From: Tubulanus polymorphus
Lineage: Eukaryota > Animalia > Nemertea
Direction: 5' to 3'
Length of the DNA stretch: 64,000 nucleotides
NCBI RefSeq assembly: GCF_964204645.1
Contig: NC_134034.1
Location: forward strand, 14,190,010 to 14,254,009
Shown: positions 22,601 through 37,000 of the stretch, one piece after another
How the letters are laid out: each line of letters opens with the position of its first letter
Numbering within the stretch: position 1 is the first letter of the stretch
Made by a program: the position numbers and the translations under genes
Notes under the pieces: generated by a model
Database searches by the model: none
Told to the model about the DNA's origin: nothing
What the model saw: only the letters and a program-made list of their open reading frames with translations

Positions 22601-25078
22601 ATGCCGGTGTTTGTTGTACATTCAGTGAATCAGATTCTACTCCTTCTATTCAGCTTTCCGCTAACAAACTTCAGGTAAATATCTTGGTTTTTTACGGCAG
22701 TATAGTAACAGTAAATTGATTTCAAACGATGAATATTTCTAATCTATTTTAGGTTAGAAATGATGACGATCGAACATTTGAAAGTATACGCACAACGCAC
22801 AGTGTATCAGCTACTGATGACATCATGCAGTTTTACGCTGGATGGTATTATGAAGTATGTTTTAATGTTGATACTTAGTTTGAAGGGATCCAGGGTCCAG
22901 TTGCACAGTCGTGACTTAAGTCAAAAAGTGTTCTTAAATCTTAAAACTGATCTTTAATTGTTAGATTGGCTATAGAACAAAGTTGGTCACAGACTGGTCT
23001 CAAGTCTAAGCCATGACTATGCAGGCGGCCCCAGTTCTGTAGTGGCTGGAACCATTTTCAACTGTAGAGTCTATGAACTATGGAACTAGCTTGTCTTTCT
23101 TTAACTCAAATTTTGTATTTAGTTTTGACGTAGTATGTCCAACTTTAAAAACAAACTTTCGGATAGATAACAGACTCATTTAGAACTACTTGTTTATTTA
23201 GGTGACACTGAATTCTAGTGGTATTATTCAGTTAGGATGGGCGACTGCTGATTGTAAATTTACACCGTTAAAAGGTTTAGGTGTCGGCGATGATGAACAT
23301 TCCGTTGCTTATGATGGATATAGAGCTAAAAAATGGAATGGTGCGCTTACATCAAACCAGGTACCAGAATTTTCATGTTAATTTCTCTGCATCAGGATCC
23401 AGTCCTTAGTCACAAGTTAGATTCGACTCTTAAGAATTGGGTTTTGATTGATGATCCCTCTGAATTACGATCTGTTTTTAGGCTGTGAATGATTATGGAG
23501 AGAAGTGGAATAAAGGAGCTGTAATAGGTTGTCTTCTTACTAAAACTGGTGATGTTTCTTACACACAAAACGGAATTCCCCTCGGTATCGCATTTCAAGG
23601 TAACCAAATATCCATCGTCCTTAAAATCAATATTGAACATAAGATGAATTTGATTATCATTTGATGATGTGATTTTTCAGATATTGACATGAATAAGAAA
23701 TGGTTTCCAGCCGTATCTTTATCTACAGATCAACAAGTTACATTTAACTTTGGTGCCGCAGAATTCAGGTCAGTTAAGACAAACTGTATCATACATGAGC
23801 ATGTGTATAAAACATGTACATGTTTATGATTGATTTATTAATTTTTCTGTCTATCTACAGTTTTCAACCACCAGCTGATTATATATCCATTTATAAATAC
23901 GCTGTGAACAGTTCAGAAGAAATTGAGTCGAACGTGAAGCCAAAATCAGAACCTGTAAGTAAATAATGACTATAGATAGCCACCAGTAGACTGCTCCTGA
24001 TTATCACGTGCCTCAGATTAAATATTTGAAATTTCCCTACACCAATTCATCTGATGATGACTCTTCATCAAACCGACTGCCATGGAATTTTCCTTTCTTG
24101 TACAGAAAATTTATCGCTTTTGAAAAATCCGAGGCAAACGCGTAGTCTACTGTAGAATCATAAACCCACAATCACAACCTATTAACATTGAAAGATTGCA
24201 TCGTCTAATATAAACTCGTAATCACTAAATACATCTGATTGTCGTTTCAACTGACGTATCAACTCAATTCTATGAATAGTTTTAAAAAACTAGGTTGTTT
24301 CATCGATTGAAGTCAATTGTCTAAGGAATCGCATAACTGATTGATTTTATGGTTGAATGATATTTTAGAAAGAAGATTTAGAAAACTACGTGAATCAATC
24401 GGAAATAAATCATCCAGTTCCATCTTTGTATTATGAAATACAACTGGATCAACCTTCGAAACAAACGCTCGAGTTCGGATATATTACTGGAAATAAATCT
24501 GTGAAGGTGAAGGTCATTATTAATCAATGATTTATAGTTTTCGATTGTTTTCGTAATTTTCCTAAATAGATTTTTTATCTATTCACAGAAAACGTGTTTA
24601 TTGAATGGTTACACTTTAGAATTGCCCGATAACAAACAGGTATTGTGTGTGAAATAGAACACTGATTTCGACAATTGAATGAAACCGATTTATCTGTATG
24701 GGGTATTTTCTATTTTCTAGGTCAATGTTAGATATCCATTGTGTATTGGTTTGGGTTATTTACTGTATGAAACAGCGTTTTTGATAACTATGAATGGTAA
24801 TGTTGTCGGTACGTCTCCTACAAATCTACTTCCACTTAATCAACATCGCATTCAAATGCTGTCTCTATTCTTTAAATTATTCATTTCTTTCAGATATGAA
24901 ATTTCCAATCACTTTAACGAGTCAAGTTCATTTGCTGCCCTACTTTAACGATTCTAGGTTGAATGTTAATTACGGATCAAAGTCATTCAAATATTCGGTT
25001 TGTAACGATAAGAAATACAATTTAACTGCAGGTGCTTTACTGATGGACTATTTCACATTAAGTACCACTCAAACCTAA
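16613..25078 (+). CDS. Uncharacterised N-terminal TM/signal + armadillo/HEAT repeats + SPRY + degenerate SPRY protein (~30 exons, roughly 1,200 aa)
   Basis: Exons splice in phase without internal stops. ARM-like segments include AIPAIIYFV..GTGMLLNLAMTSDANKKAILEAGGLSALL. SPRY: VRNDDDRTFESIRTT..WYYEVTLNSSGIIQLGWAT..GLGVGDDEHSVAYDGYRAKKWNG..YGEKWNKGAVIGCLL..NGIPLGIAF..WFPAVSL..FNFG. Second, decayed SPRY: SLYYEI..CIGLG..MNG..LLPY..VNYGSKSFKY. Confidence 0.8.
17171..17573. mobile_element. Intronic non-autonomous element with CAGGGGTG...CACCCCTG termini (hAT-like)
   Basis: Inverted termini CAGGGGTGAATCAAGG / CCTGGTTCCACCCCTG; no clear TSD. Confidence 0.5.
22894..23031. mobile_element. Harbinger/Tourist-like MITE, family A
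   Basis: CAG[GGTCCAGTTGCACAG...TATGCAGGCGGCCC]CAG; inverted copy at 26651-26788 and partial copy at ~54495-54600. Confidence 0.75.
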
Positions 25079-25832
25079 CTGGCACTATCGGATTTATCAG
25101 CCCGACAACTGTTGTATTTATTCAAATTTATGTTAAAAATGATGGTATAGTAATCAACTTAGGGCCTAAAACCATTGGCTCATTATATGTTGTAAATGTA
25201 TATTTAAGATAATTTGCCATTTTATGTTGCATTTTGTGTATTAACCATGAAATAAATATTTGTACAAGAACAGGCTTTGAATTTGTTGAATTTATGAACG
25301 GTGTTCAGTGAATTTTTCTTCGTTCCTGGTTTTCTACCGTATAGGGAAAGAAGGTGATGTCTCTTTTACCCCTAGGAAAAAAAATTGAATCTGTCTTGGA
25401 CGCCCCCAGTGTCTGTGACGGCTGGTGCTGCGTGTATTGTTGATACCATTCACGGTTCAGGTACTGTGATTCGATTCAAGCTGGTTTTTCGCACATTTCC
25501 CCCATTTTCTCACTAGGTTAACTATTTGAATAAGGCGATATTATTATAATTTTCAATTGAAAACGCTTGTCATGAATTTGATAATGAATTCGGGTCGAAA
25601 TAGTGGAATATTTCTGCAAAGTCACCCCTGGCCGCACTCGCATGCCAGTGGCAGTGCCGTGAAGAGTAGTTCAAATACAACTTGTTCAAGTGATAAAACC
25701 AGATACAGACAGGATCCTTCAGTACCATATAGCTATATTCAGTTGATTTGACACACAGGATCCAGTGAAAATATTTGCTATTTTCAGTAAATCCTCTCCG
25801 AGTCCAAACCAAAGCTTCTTCCTGATTCAAAG

Positions 25833-26968
25833 ATGGCTCCCTGTTTCTCAAAATCAGCGTGTTATGATATCCTACCTCCGGGTTATGGTTGTGTTATTAT
25901 GACCGGTGTCGGAAGTCTATTCCTCAACATGTATTTCGCCCAGAAAGTTATGAAAGCACGAAAAGACTTCGATGTTGCAGTAAGTTTATCATCGGTATTA
26001 AATTCAATAGTATGAAATTGTCTAAATTTAGGTTAAATTATAAATTGTTCTGTTCATCCACAGTATCCTACAATGTACACAGATAATAATGAATTCAACT
26101 GTATTCAAAGAGCTCATCAGAATTAGTAAGTTGAATATGAGAGGCTGTGTCCCAGGAACAATTAGTTTTTAATCGAGTTACTTGAGTCCAGCCTAAAGAT
26201 TTAAGAACATTGGTTTGCTTCAACTGGGCCCTGTTCCAGAGTTTCTAGTTGAACAGTCAAAATAAGTTCATTACAACTCGCTGTTAAACTGGACACTGAG
26301 CAGTTTGAATTACATTTATAACCTATTTTATTAAATTTCATCATAATCTGATAATTTTTCAGTATTGAGAATTACCCACAGTTTCTGATGCTACTGTTTA
26401 TTGGTGGTCTTCAATTCCCAGTAAGTTTCACAAACTGAATGATTGACATATTATTATCGATAATTAGAATTGTCGGTAATCAGAATTAAAGATGATTGAT
26501 TTAATTGATTGCAGCGTCTAACAGCAGCTGCTGGTAGTTTGTATCTAGTTGGAAGAGTATTCTACGCACGAGGATACTCAACTGGAGGTTAGAGAAAATT
26601 TCATGAATTCTTTAACGATGAACAAATACCTTTTACTGGACTCAGTTCAGGGGCCGGTTGCATAGTTATGGCTTAGACTTAATACCATTTTAATACCAAC
26701 TTAGTTCTATAGCCAATCTAACAACTTAAGACCAGTCTTAAGATTTAAGACCACTTTTGGACTTAAGTCACGACCGTGCAACTGGCCTCAGGACTCAATT
26801 CCTGGGTTAAATCAATTTTGAAACTCAATTTTATTTTCAGATCCCCAGAAGCGTTACCAAGGAGCGTTTGGTTACATCGGTTTGTTGGTTATGTTGGGTA
26901 ACACTATCTGCGCTGCGTGTCACATGCTGCCGAAATGTGAAAAACCTCAGTTACCCTGGAGAAATTAA
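25833..26968 (+). CDS. MGST3: Microsomal glutathione S-transferase 3 (MAPEG family)
   Basis: Five exons: YGCVIMTGVGSLFLNMYFAQKVMKARKDFDVA/YPTMY..FNCIQRAHQN/SIENYPQFL..GGLQFP/RLTAAAG..GRVFYARGYSTG/DPQKRYQGAFGYIGLL. Confidence 0.95.
26651..26788. mobile_element. Harbinger/Tourist-like MITE, family A, in an MGST3 intron
   Basis: CAG[GGGCCGGTTGCATAG...CGTGCAACTGGCCT]CAG; reverse-complement homolog of 22894-23031. Confidence 0.75.
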
Positions 26969-28498
26969 ACCCGCACTTTATGATTGATTAACCAGTTAGA
27001 TCGATAATTATTATGTGCTTATTTATTTATATTGTATTGATTTGATAATCGTCAGGGTAGAAGTAGTAACAGAACAAAGAAATAGAAATGCAAATTGTCG
27101 ATGGAACTCGTGCGCCATCTATCAGACATTGAAGAAATTAATAAATTATGTTTTACGAACAAAGATTGTACTTCGATGAATAAGTGTTTGTTGTGATAAG
27201 CGAGTCTGATGTTTTTACTGGCGAATAAATGTTGGAATAATATAATAATAGTCTCTGCGATGTTTACATTATTCCACGTGATACAAGACGAGGTTAAACA
27301 CGTTCTATGAACAGACGGTGAAAAACACTTATCGTTTCGGTGTTTGATAAAAGGCGGTGGAACCCAGTTCCACTCGTGTCGAATGTACTCTAACTACAGT
27401 ATCGGAAGCCGAACTGTGGAACTGTCTGATTCCTTTCTGATTTCGTTTCAAGAATTCGTAGAACGTTGTTTCTGAATGGAAATGTTGTAACGCCAGTTAA
27501 TTCAAAATGTAGAATAGATAAATGAATTATTGATAGATTTGAGTAAATTATGTATTGATTGCTTTTACAGATTATTGATTGATTAAATAAACTTTCTCAT
27601 AATTTTGGATTTTGCGATTTAACTTTATTCTAGTGACGACTGGTTTTTTATGGACTCGATTGAACACAGACGACACTTGGATCTCAAGCACCATTGACTG
27701 TCCTTATCTTCACAGGGTCGACTAGTTGATAAGATATTACAGTACCTCACCAAACTGCGACCGGCAAAAATAAAATGGTCCGAGTTGACAATCGGAAATG
27801 CGTAGTCATCATTCCAGCATCCGGTTCCACATTGCGTCCAATTTAGGATTAAAACATTCAAACTGATCTATGTTCAATTGGTTTGTACTGCGACTGGTCG
27901 CGGGTATTCAGGTTTGTACTGCGACTGGTCGCGGGTATTCAGGTTTTCAAGTAACGTTGACAAAGGAATTAAATAAATTTTTTGACGAGTTGGAATTTAT
28001 TTTTGAATATCATATCAAATCATTGCATAGATAGAACAGCGTAATAAACACCATGTACTTAAAGATGATATCGGTGTTTAAGAGACACTTATTCGTGTAC
28101 GGGTTATATATGTGTCAATGGGGCCTAGTTCAAACCCGCGATAGAGATACGAAACGATAGCGATTATAAAGAATTTAAAAGGCTCACGAAACAATAAAAA
28201 GAACCGCATAGAATATACGAAGTTAAAAAATGGCGACATCCATGAATAGCTTAGACCATTGACGTGTTTATGCGTCCATGCTTAGACTGAAGATTGATTA
28301 CGTAACAAACGCGTTATACTGAAGAGCTCTGCTCGACTCTTGTCGAATACTTTTGAAGATGTGCAACAAAATACTCCTAGCTATTGTTTGTTTTCAGCGT
28401 TTATGTGTACATATCCTTTTTGCTAATCCAAGGAATTAAGAAATACATAAATTATACATAGTTCACAAAGCCACCGGGGTTACTACGCAACATTACAG

Positions 28499-28530
<32 letters not shown>

Positions 28531-28532
28531 CA

Positions 28533-30618
28533 TCAAGCATTTCTCCAATATCTCTTAACAGACGGATTCGAACTGAAACGTCGCCGTTTCGCTCCGGGTC
28601 GCCTCTCGATGACGTCATCTTTCGGTAAAATGATCTGTATTTTGTCTTCTATCGTATCGACAAACGCTGCTAAGATGTATTTTCCCGGTCCGAAATTCGT
28701 CGATCTTCCCAGTAAAAAGTTAGCGAAACATTGCTCGAATGATTGAACGTTTAATGGATATTTACCATTCTGTAATCAGATCAAATGAATTCAGATATAT
28801 ATATGTATGTATAAATGAAAAGCCTTGCGAAAATATGCGAGTGGGTCCGTCTTTAATTTGGTGATGGAATCATTATAAGCAATCAATTTTAAAATTTTGA
28901 TAATTCAATAGTCTTTCAGCGATTTGCGTTGAAATAACGAAGGTCTGAATAAACGAACGAATTCTATTTACAAGACTCTATGCAATGGTTATAGGTGCGA
29001 TGTGTTTCAGTTTCAGAATGATTAGAAATTAAAAACGTCACGATTAGAATCGAACAAACCCCTAAAACCTGATATTACATCCCCAGAGTTCTCCACTTCT
29101 CCATATACTGGAATTCTAAAGGACTGCTTTCATTGTTTTATAGTGTATGCTATCGATCCCCCAAAATGTATAGAAAATCTAAGCTTCATTTTGGCGTAAT
29201 CTTCATTAGAATATTGACATCCACTCAGCAGATATTTCATAAGGAGTTGCTGATTCTCAGAGGGGTGGATATAAAAATGAACGGGGTGCGCGTTGTGGAG
29301 AACACTTCGGACACAGCATGGCTTCATTCCCTGCACTATAGTTACTTACATCAGTTATATCATTGTATGCTCTACGCGCAATATCTTTAGGATCGTGATC
29401 TTCGAGTTTTAGAAATCCGGAATAATATTCTTCAAGTTCCTCTTCGTCGATCACACTGTCACCTGCAGAACAGATCAACGAATTGCTTAAAAGCATCACT
29501 TGAAAACTATTTTCCAAAGCGCAATTATCGACCTTGTATTTTATATACCTTTAACATCTACGACTTCGAATAGAACTTTAGGAAGTAGTTGTAACCAGAC
29601 TGGGAAATCATTCATACTCATAGCACCGTGGAGTAACTTCTCCCACATACTCAACCATTCTTCTACTGCTATGTGAGTTGTATCTGTATCTACAAATACA
29701 CCAAACTAGTCAGCTAATTTTTGCTGTATCAAGATACATTTTTGGTTGCGCAGTAATTTCCACTCATCATCTCTGAACCAACCAATATTTCGCTGGTCTA
29801 TTTTCTCATAGATAAGTGACCTCTCTATAATGAACGTTTGCCGGATCAACCGGAAGTATTCTGCACTGTACAGTGAGTGGTTTCCTGTACACATATCGAT
29901 AAATCAGTGAAATTTAAATGTACCTTTAATGATCGATATATCATGGCTGCCGTCGTCGCTCGCGTCGAGTATCATGGCGGCTTTCCTTTCGCATAAACTA
30001 TGGAAAAATGTGTTATGAATTTCACGACACCAGTTTGCCAAACTCGACTTTTCCGGCCATGCGGCGTAATCCACGATTTTCTGAAATTGTCGGACGAGGG
30101 ATTTTAGATAAAAGCTCGTGGCAGGTTTGGAAGTAAAACCCCGTGGTTTGAACTTACTCTCTGTAAGTTTTCAAAGTCATTCTTCTCCAAAAGTCCGTCT
30201 TTGTTATCATCTGAAGTTAGTTATGATAATATACTAAATTATCAACAAACTACGAGATATTTAAGCTTTATATGAAATCATAAAATGATATATTCGTATA
30301 AAATATCGTATTCTGCAATAATCAGTATTCAGAAAAACCTTAAGAAATGTTGAGAGATTTATTGGAATTATAATATATATTAAGGATACTTAGTAGAATT
30401 GTTGAAAACCCGCAATCATTAACTGAGATGATTTAGGATATTTCGGGCCTTTCTTCTTCGTCATACGATGGTAAAAGATAATATTAACTAAAAGCCCAGT
30501 CAGAGACTACTGTGTCACCTAAACCTAATAAAGCAGCTCGACTCAGACACTTACCGAAAAAATTGAAATAGATGAGAAGTTTTTCCTCTTGAAACTGTGA
30601 GAGTTTAGAAACTTGCAT
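28533..30618 (-). CDS. Sarcoplasmic calcium-binding protein / calexcitin-like EF-hand protein
   Basis: Six exons: MQVSKLSQFQEEKLLIYFNFF/DDNKDGLLEKNDF (EF1)/../IAVEEWLSMW..FPVWLQ..LFEVVDVK/GDSVIDEEELEEYY (EF-hand)..AYNDITD/NGKYPLNVQSFEQCFANFLLG..GPGKYIL. Confidence 0.85.
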
Positions 30619-31111
30619 CTTCGGAAGCGCTTGCGTTCGACGTCCTTAGACAAGAAAATATGCAAATGCTCGTTTATACGTTATGTTTTGAAGCGGTGCG
30701 TACGCATTTAGCTGGCGGTGCCTCGTTCCCGTAAATCATTGTTGTTATCATTTTATTACAATAAAGATGTAGAGCGCATAGAAACACGTGTCGTACATTG
30801 CACTCGATATCACTCCGCCCTTGACCGACCGACCGAGAAATATCAGAGAACTTTTCAACATTTGCAACATTTTTTTAACGATCAAATTGATGATTTGTTT
30901 TAGAAACCGAGCGAGAAGCAACATCACGTGATAATTAACAGAAACATGTATTTTATAATATTTGATAATGATTAAGCTATTCTAATATAAATTCTTAAAA
31001 TTCCAGCAAGAAGAATATATTAAAGAATTAGGGAAACGATAGAATTAGTTTTGAGATAAATAGAGAAAGTAGATAGACACAAGAAGAGAACCCCAGCATA
31101 AGGTTTCATAA

Positions 31112-31341
<230 letters not shown>

Positions 31342-33400
31342 CATATTCACAATTTGATTATTTGTCGGAGGCGCTGTTGAATTTCATTTTCAAGGAGAAG
31401 TTATCGAGAATAAAAATTCCTCATGCCTTTTGCGTCACTAAAATGACCCGAATAAATTGTTCGTATATAGTGAAGATGTTAGACAACAGCGTTAGTTTTG
31501 AGCGTATGTAACGAATTGTTACCCCTTCCCCTGACGTTCGTAGACATGATGAGATTTCTCTTCTTTCTGTCAATGATTTCCTATAATAGAAATATCAGCC
31601 ACGTTGCGTAAAAAGCGGCGTGTAATTTATTACGATGTCGAGTACCCTCGACTCGCTCTACGGCTGCGGTGTCTAGGCCTGTATGGATCCATACATGATT
31701 ATTTATACATATGTTTTATATAAATATATAATACATGTACTATAGGGCCGGCGGAAGGAGTAACACGTTGGTCCGGCCAGTTCTGCCAGTGTAGAGGTAT
31801 TTGCGAGTGCCCAAGGCGCCTAGAACTGGTGGGGGCCGATCTGGGTCCTCTTTTAAAAAGCGTTTAAAATGTTTAAAACCAGGAGATGCGTTTTAACGAA
31901 ATTATGGCATGAGATATATGAAATAAATCCTCTTACATCGGGACACAATTCACGGCAAGATAATACTATAGATTTTATGCATTTATTTAGTAAATCTAGT
32001 ACGATTATCGGCTACGTCAAAAAGTGAAACATGGTTTCGGCAATGTTTTAGTCCGGCCATGGGCCACCCCTGCCGCCCTTGTGCAACCGGCCATGTTAGC
32101 ATTGATTCGATAATATCAAAACATTTTCAAAACTTCAATTCGCGCAGTTTTTAGATTTGAAACAAGAGCGAAATGTGAATCGTGTGCGTGACATGTGATT
32201 CCGTATCTACACGTCGCAGTTTGAAACATCTACATCCTTGAGTTACGTGATGAATACACTCTTTGAATGTCGGAATAATCAGCAGGATTAATAGATTTTC
32301 GTTTATGACATGAAGATTGATTTCACCAGAGTTCTAAAATTAAACCGATGGTTTTGCTTTCGCGCAGGCTTTCCAAAAACTGAAATTATCGCATTGCTAG
32401 CACCAAAATTTCATGAATTTTTGCCGTAGCACCTATAACAACCATGCGAGAATATTTGTAAACACTTTTACCTTAAACAATTAATGATTTATCCTTCGTT
32501 GTGTGGCTTTTTGGTTGTAGAGTCCTGAGATACGCGCTCAGTAGCAGCACAAACTGAGCTCCTGCTAATAGAGTAATTCTATCCTATACAGGTGACCGAT
32601 TTTTTATCTGGGAAACTTAATGGCCTCGCCAATATCTCCCGCTATATTTTCTATCGATCTCAGGGGTGTATATGAGTTGTTCATATGAATATAAAATAGA
32701 ATATAAAGATTTTATAAACGTAGAAAACATGCCGCAAGATGGCGACATTATTGCCGTTATAAATCACACCCTGCGTAACAATCCACTCAGAGAATCGAAG
32801 TAAAAATCGATGTCTAAGTTTTGGAGTTCATTGAATTCATTCATGGTGAATTTTTTAAGGAATTGTTACAAGATTTGTGTGACAGGTTTGTGTCGAATGA
32901 GAACGCGTCGACCACGACAAGCTAAATTTAAAAGTAACGACATTTACTTGATATACTGTACTGTATGTAGGTTGTTGTAATCAAGAGTTAACTTAGTATT
33001 TTGATTGTGCTATCAAAAGAAAAAATAAAATGTTGGCAGAGATCTGTTCTACGCGCAGGGCCAATCATTAGAGTAGTGCCGGGATATTGCGCACCGAACG
33101 GGGTCAGGTGCACTTCTACCAAAAAGCTCTTCGGTCGTTTCTTTCGTCGGTGTGATTTATTTGGCGCCAGTCTGACACTCGTACAGCTGGGCTGATTATC
33201 TCGGTACGTCTGGCAAAATTTGGTTCGTTGCCAAAAAAAAACTACGAGCCGCCGTAAATTCAGCGGAGAACAAAAGAGTGACGGATAATTCATAAGTACC
33301 GGAGGTTGCTCCCAGGGTTCCACCCGTACCCAGAAAACTCATCCATTAATTTTTAAACAAATGGATAGAGAAAGTTGCAAGAATAGCGAGATTTCTTCAG

Positions 33401-33506
33401 GGTCTAGTTCCACAGTTTCGAGTTAAGATTCAACTCAGAGTTAACTCATCGAAAATGAACTAACTTTAACTCAGAGTTAACTCTAACTCAACTGTGGAAC
33501 TGGATC
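33401..33506. mobile_element. Harbinger/Tourist-like MITE, family B; relatives at ~13203-13280, ~18437-18537, ~27362-27427
   Basis: CAG[GGTCTAGTTCCACAG...CTGTGGAACTGGATC]CAG. Confidence 0.7.
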
Positions 33507-34066
33507 CAGTAGAACTCTGCCAGTGGTGTCAGATATTTACCGTCGAGTGCTGCCCCCATAAATAACGTTGACGGTGAACATGAGAACTCATACCACAGTG
33601 GGTATCACTGACTGTGGCATGCGAGTACATCCCAGCGGCACCCTAATAACCCTAACCCTTACCCCACTTTGACGATTGCGATCTAACTCTGATCATAAAC
33701 TGGTTGCCGGTCTCTACGACAGCGAATGCAGGTGGCGCAGAATTGGACAGGCGACCAGTCTAGGATCTTCCTTCTGTGGCAAGTGAGTAATATAAATTAT
33801 CAAAACATTTCTAGATCAACTGAAATCTCTTTCTGTAGTTGTTTATAAACCACCACGTAATGTAACATTTAAAACGGCTAAAATGAAATTATCGTCAAGG
33901 TACCGGAGAATTATGAATCCATTGCGCATGCGTGAAGTCCTCTACGAACTATGAACAAGTCGTAGGTTCTTTAAATGTCAAACCAACCAAAAAACCACTC
34001 TTGAATGTTCGTGTGTTTAAGAGAGTCTATTTTTAGAGATTTAAATGTCTGATAAATGATGTACAG

Positions 34067-37000
34067 ATGAAAGTTTCACTCGCTGTTTTAAGATTTGAAA
34101 TTTCAGATCATTCTTTAATTCCTCATTATCTCAAATACCGTAAGTCATACAATGAAATTTTACTTCCGGGTTTGAGAATTTTTTTATTTGGAAGGACCCT
34201 CTCTACAGTCCACCAGCCTAGTTTCACAAAAGTTTTAATCTTTGATATCTCCATTTATTTATCGCCTTGTTTTCTGGCAATCGAGTTAAAATCATTTCGT
34301 GATCATGAACCAAAAATCAGCGATCAATAAATATCGCTCTTTGAATATCATTATTGAGTGATTAGTACCGTTTGTGCAAACCAAACACACGGAGAATCTG
34401 GATTCTGTCTGGTGGAAAAACTGTCAGTGTTTGGTCCGATGCAGGGGCTCAGTGCGTCAAAACGATTTGACTAATTGAATTGATTGATTAAATTTCTATG
34501 GAATTTGTACAGAGTTTGTAACCGTATAGTGTGAAACTGGGCCCCGTCCTGTTGTATATAGGTAAGGAGGCTTATAAAACATCCATATAACAACAGAATG
34601 TTTTGTAATTGATAAATTGTAGGTTGGAGACAAGGAGGAGGGATGTCGTCTGGAAAACAAGATGAGAAAGATAAGAAATCATACGCTAATATCGTAGGGG
34701 GCGCTGCACGGTCTCTATCATCGCCACCTACTGTGGCAAGCGGTGTTACGTGTATTCCTATAGAGTCAACGGATAAACATAGAGGTGCACGGCAACCTAA
34801 ACAATACACTATACAATCTATAGAACCGAGAGGTACGGCATTTAACCCTAACATCTCGTATATACAATCTATTAATGCAATCTTAATGTGCAGTACAATA
34901 TAAACTACTGCAGCAATCAACGGTTCCATTTGTCTGGGTTGCCACTATAAACTACTGCAGCAATCAACGGTTCCATTTGTCTGGGTTGCCACTATAAACT
35001 ACTGCAGCAATCAACGGTTCCATTTGTCTGGGTTGCCACTATAAACTACTGCAACAATCAACGGTTCCATTTGTCTGGGTTGCCACTATAAACTACTGCA
35101 GCAATCAACGGTTCCATTTGTCTGGGTTGCCACTATAAACTACTGCAGCAATCAACGGTTCCATTTGTCTGGGTTGCCACTATAAACTACTGCAGCAATC
35201 AACGGTTCCATTTGTCTGGGTTGCCACTATAAACTACTGCAGCAATCAACGGTTCCATTTGTCTGGGTTGCCACTATAAACTACTGCAGCAATCAACGGT
35301 TCCATTTGTCTGGGTTGCCACTATAAACTACTGCAGCATGCAGTGCGTAATTAAATCAAACAGGTTCCATCTCTGTCTAATGTATGTGACTGTGTTTATT
35401 CAATGGATTCTTAATCATGTCAGGGAAAACAACTTTCATTTCAGGGGAAGTCAAATAAAAGTGGTTATCACGCTAGTTACAGTTGAGAACTGAAAGTTTT
35501 CAACAGGAAAAATTCATGAAATTAATTTTACATTTTTTTCAGGTAAACCTCAAACCCACGATCATCGCGTAGATGGAACTAGCGAACAGGGACGCCGCTC
35601 AGAGAGTGGAGATATAGACATCGAAATAGAGCCCGTCGTTTCTAACAATCGCAGCCGTTTGACTTCTACATCGTCGTGTGACGATAAACATAGCAACCGT
35701 TCATCGGTGTCATCCGATCGGTATCTGATGTCGCTACCAGGGGGCGATGACACGGACGATCCTCGTCCAGTGGATAGCGCTAAAAACCGGCATAAGAGTC
35801 ACAGTCCCGGTATAGATGGCGAATCTAAAAATACGGTTCATTTCTTCTCTGGGAATCCGAGTGTTGAAACTACTGAAGGAATCATGCATTTATACAAAGA
35901 CAAGTGAGTTATTTTATTGTTTGGAACTTTTAGAACATTGACACTTACTCTTAAGAAAGTCAAGCTCAGCTCAGAACCGTAGAACTTGATCTGAATAATT
36001 CAGTCTATTTTGGACAATTTCTGAGATAAAGAATGTTGTAATTGTAGTCAGTTTGTCGTATCAACTGAAGATGAAGATGTCAAGAGACCAGATATGATTT
36101 GTATTCTTGGAGTCCCTGCGAATATGAACACTAAAGATCTGATTCAATTCACTGCTCCGGTTATGTAAGTAAAGTTCAGGAAATTCTTGTGAATTTCTCA
36201 CGAAATTGTTGACGTATTTTTAAAAGTTGTTATTTTCTATCAGGCAGGGAATTGAGCACATTCGAATTATCAGAGACTCGACACCAAATCAATACATGGC
36301 TTTACTGAAGTTTCGTAGTCAGGTATTGAATACAATTATCACCTTAAACCTGAATATCTAATTGATTCCTAATTTCTAATTGTTTTGAACTATTTCAGAG
36401 GGAAAGCGATGAATTTTATCGTACCTACAATAACGTGCGTTATAACTCATTAGAAACAGATGTTTGTCATTTAGTTTATATCTCGAGAATTGAAACGTTA
36501 AAAGCTTCTGAGGTGAGGATTTATTCTTAAAACTATTAGAAAACATTTAGACTAGAGTCTGACTGCAACTGAGCCTAATCCCGGGAACCAGATAATCCAT
36601 GTTTGGGTAAGTGTAGTTTACATTAATGATGTTTATTTCTAGGGTGCTTGTTTTCCTGTTCCGGGTCTCACTGAGTTACCAAATTGTCCCGTTTGTTTAG
36701 AGAGAATGGTAGGTACTTATTTGAAATAGATTTAACAGAAAAAACCCGGTATTTCTAGATCATTCGATAAATCATAAATATACGTTTATTTCAGGATGAA
36801 TCAGTTGATGGAATTCTGACTATTTTATGTAATCATTCGTTCCATGGAAACTGTCTCACTCAATGGGGAGATACGAGGTATGACGATATCGACCAATCAT
36901 TGAACCCGATATCGACCAATCATTGAACCCGATATCGATACCGCTACGATATCGACCAATCATTGAACCCGATATCGACCAATCATTGAACCCGATATCG

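Noticed and set aside
16613-25078. Selenocysteine or stop-codon readthrough in the ARM-SPRY gene
   Set aside because: Apparent stops disappear with correct splice-site choice (for example, the donor at 21629|GTAAGA).
27625-27945. Possible coding or pseudogene fragment between MGST3 and the SCP gene
   Set aside because: The + frames are interrupted by stops, the single short minus-strand ORF has no recognisable motif, and only a ~31-bp direct duplication (27882-27943) is certain.
33680-33790. Twister or HDV-like ribozyme (also considered at ~60570-60800 and ~5845)
   Set aside because: Only partial motif resemblance; the required conserved residues and pairings could not be built.
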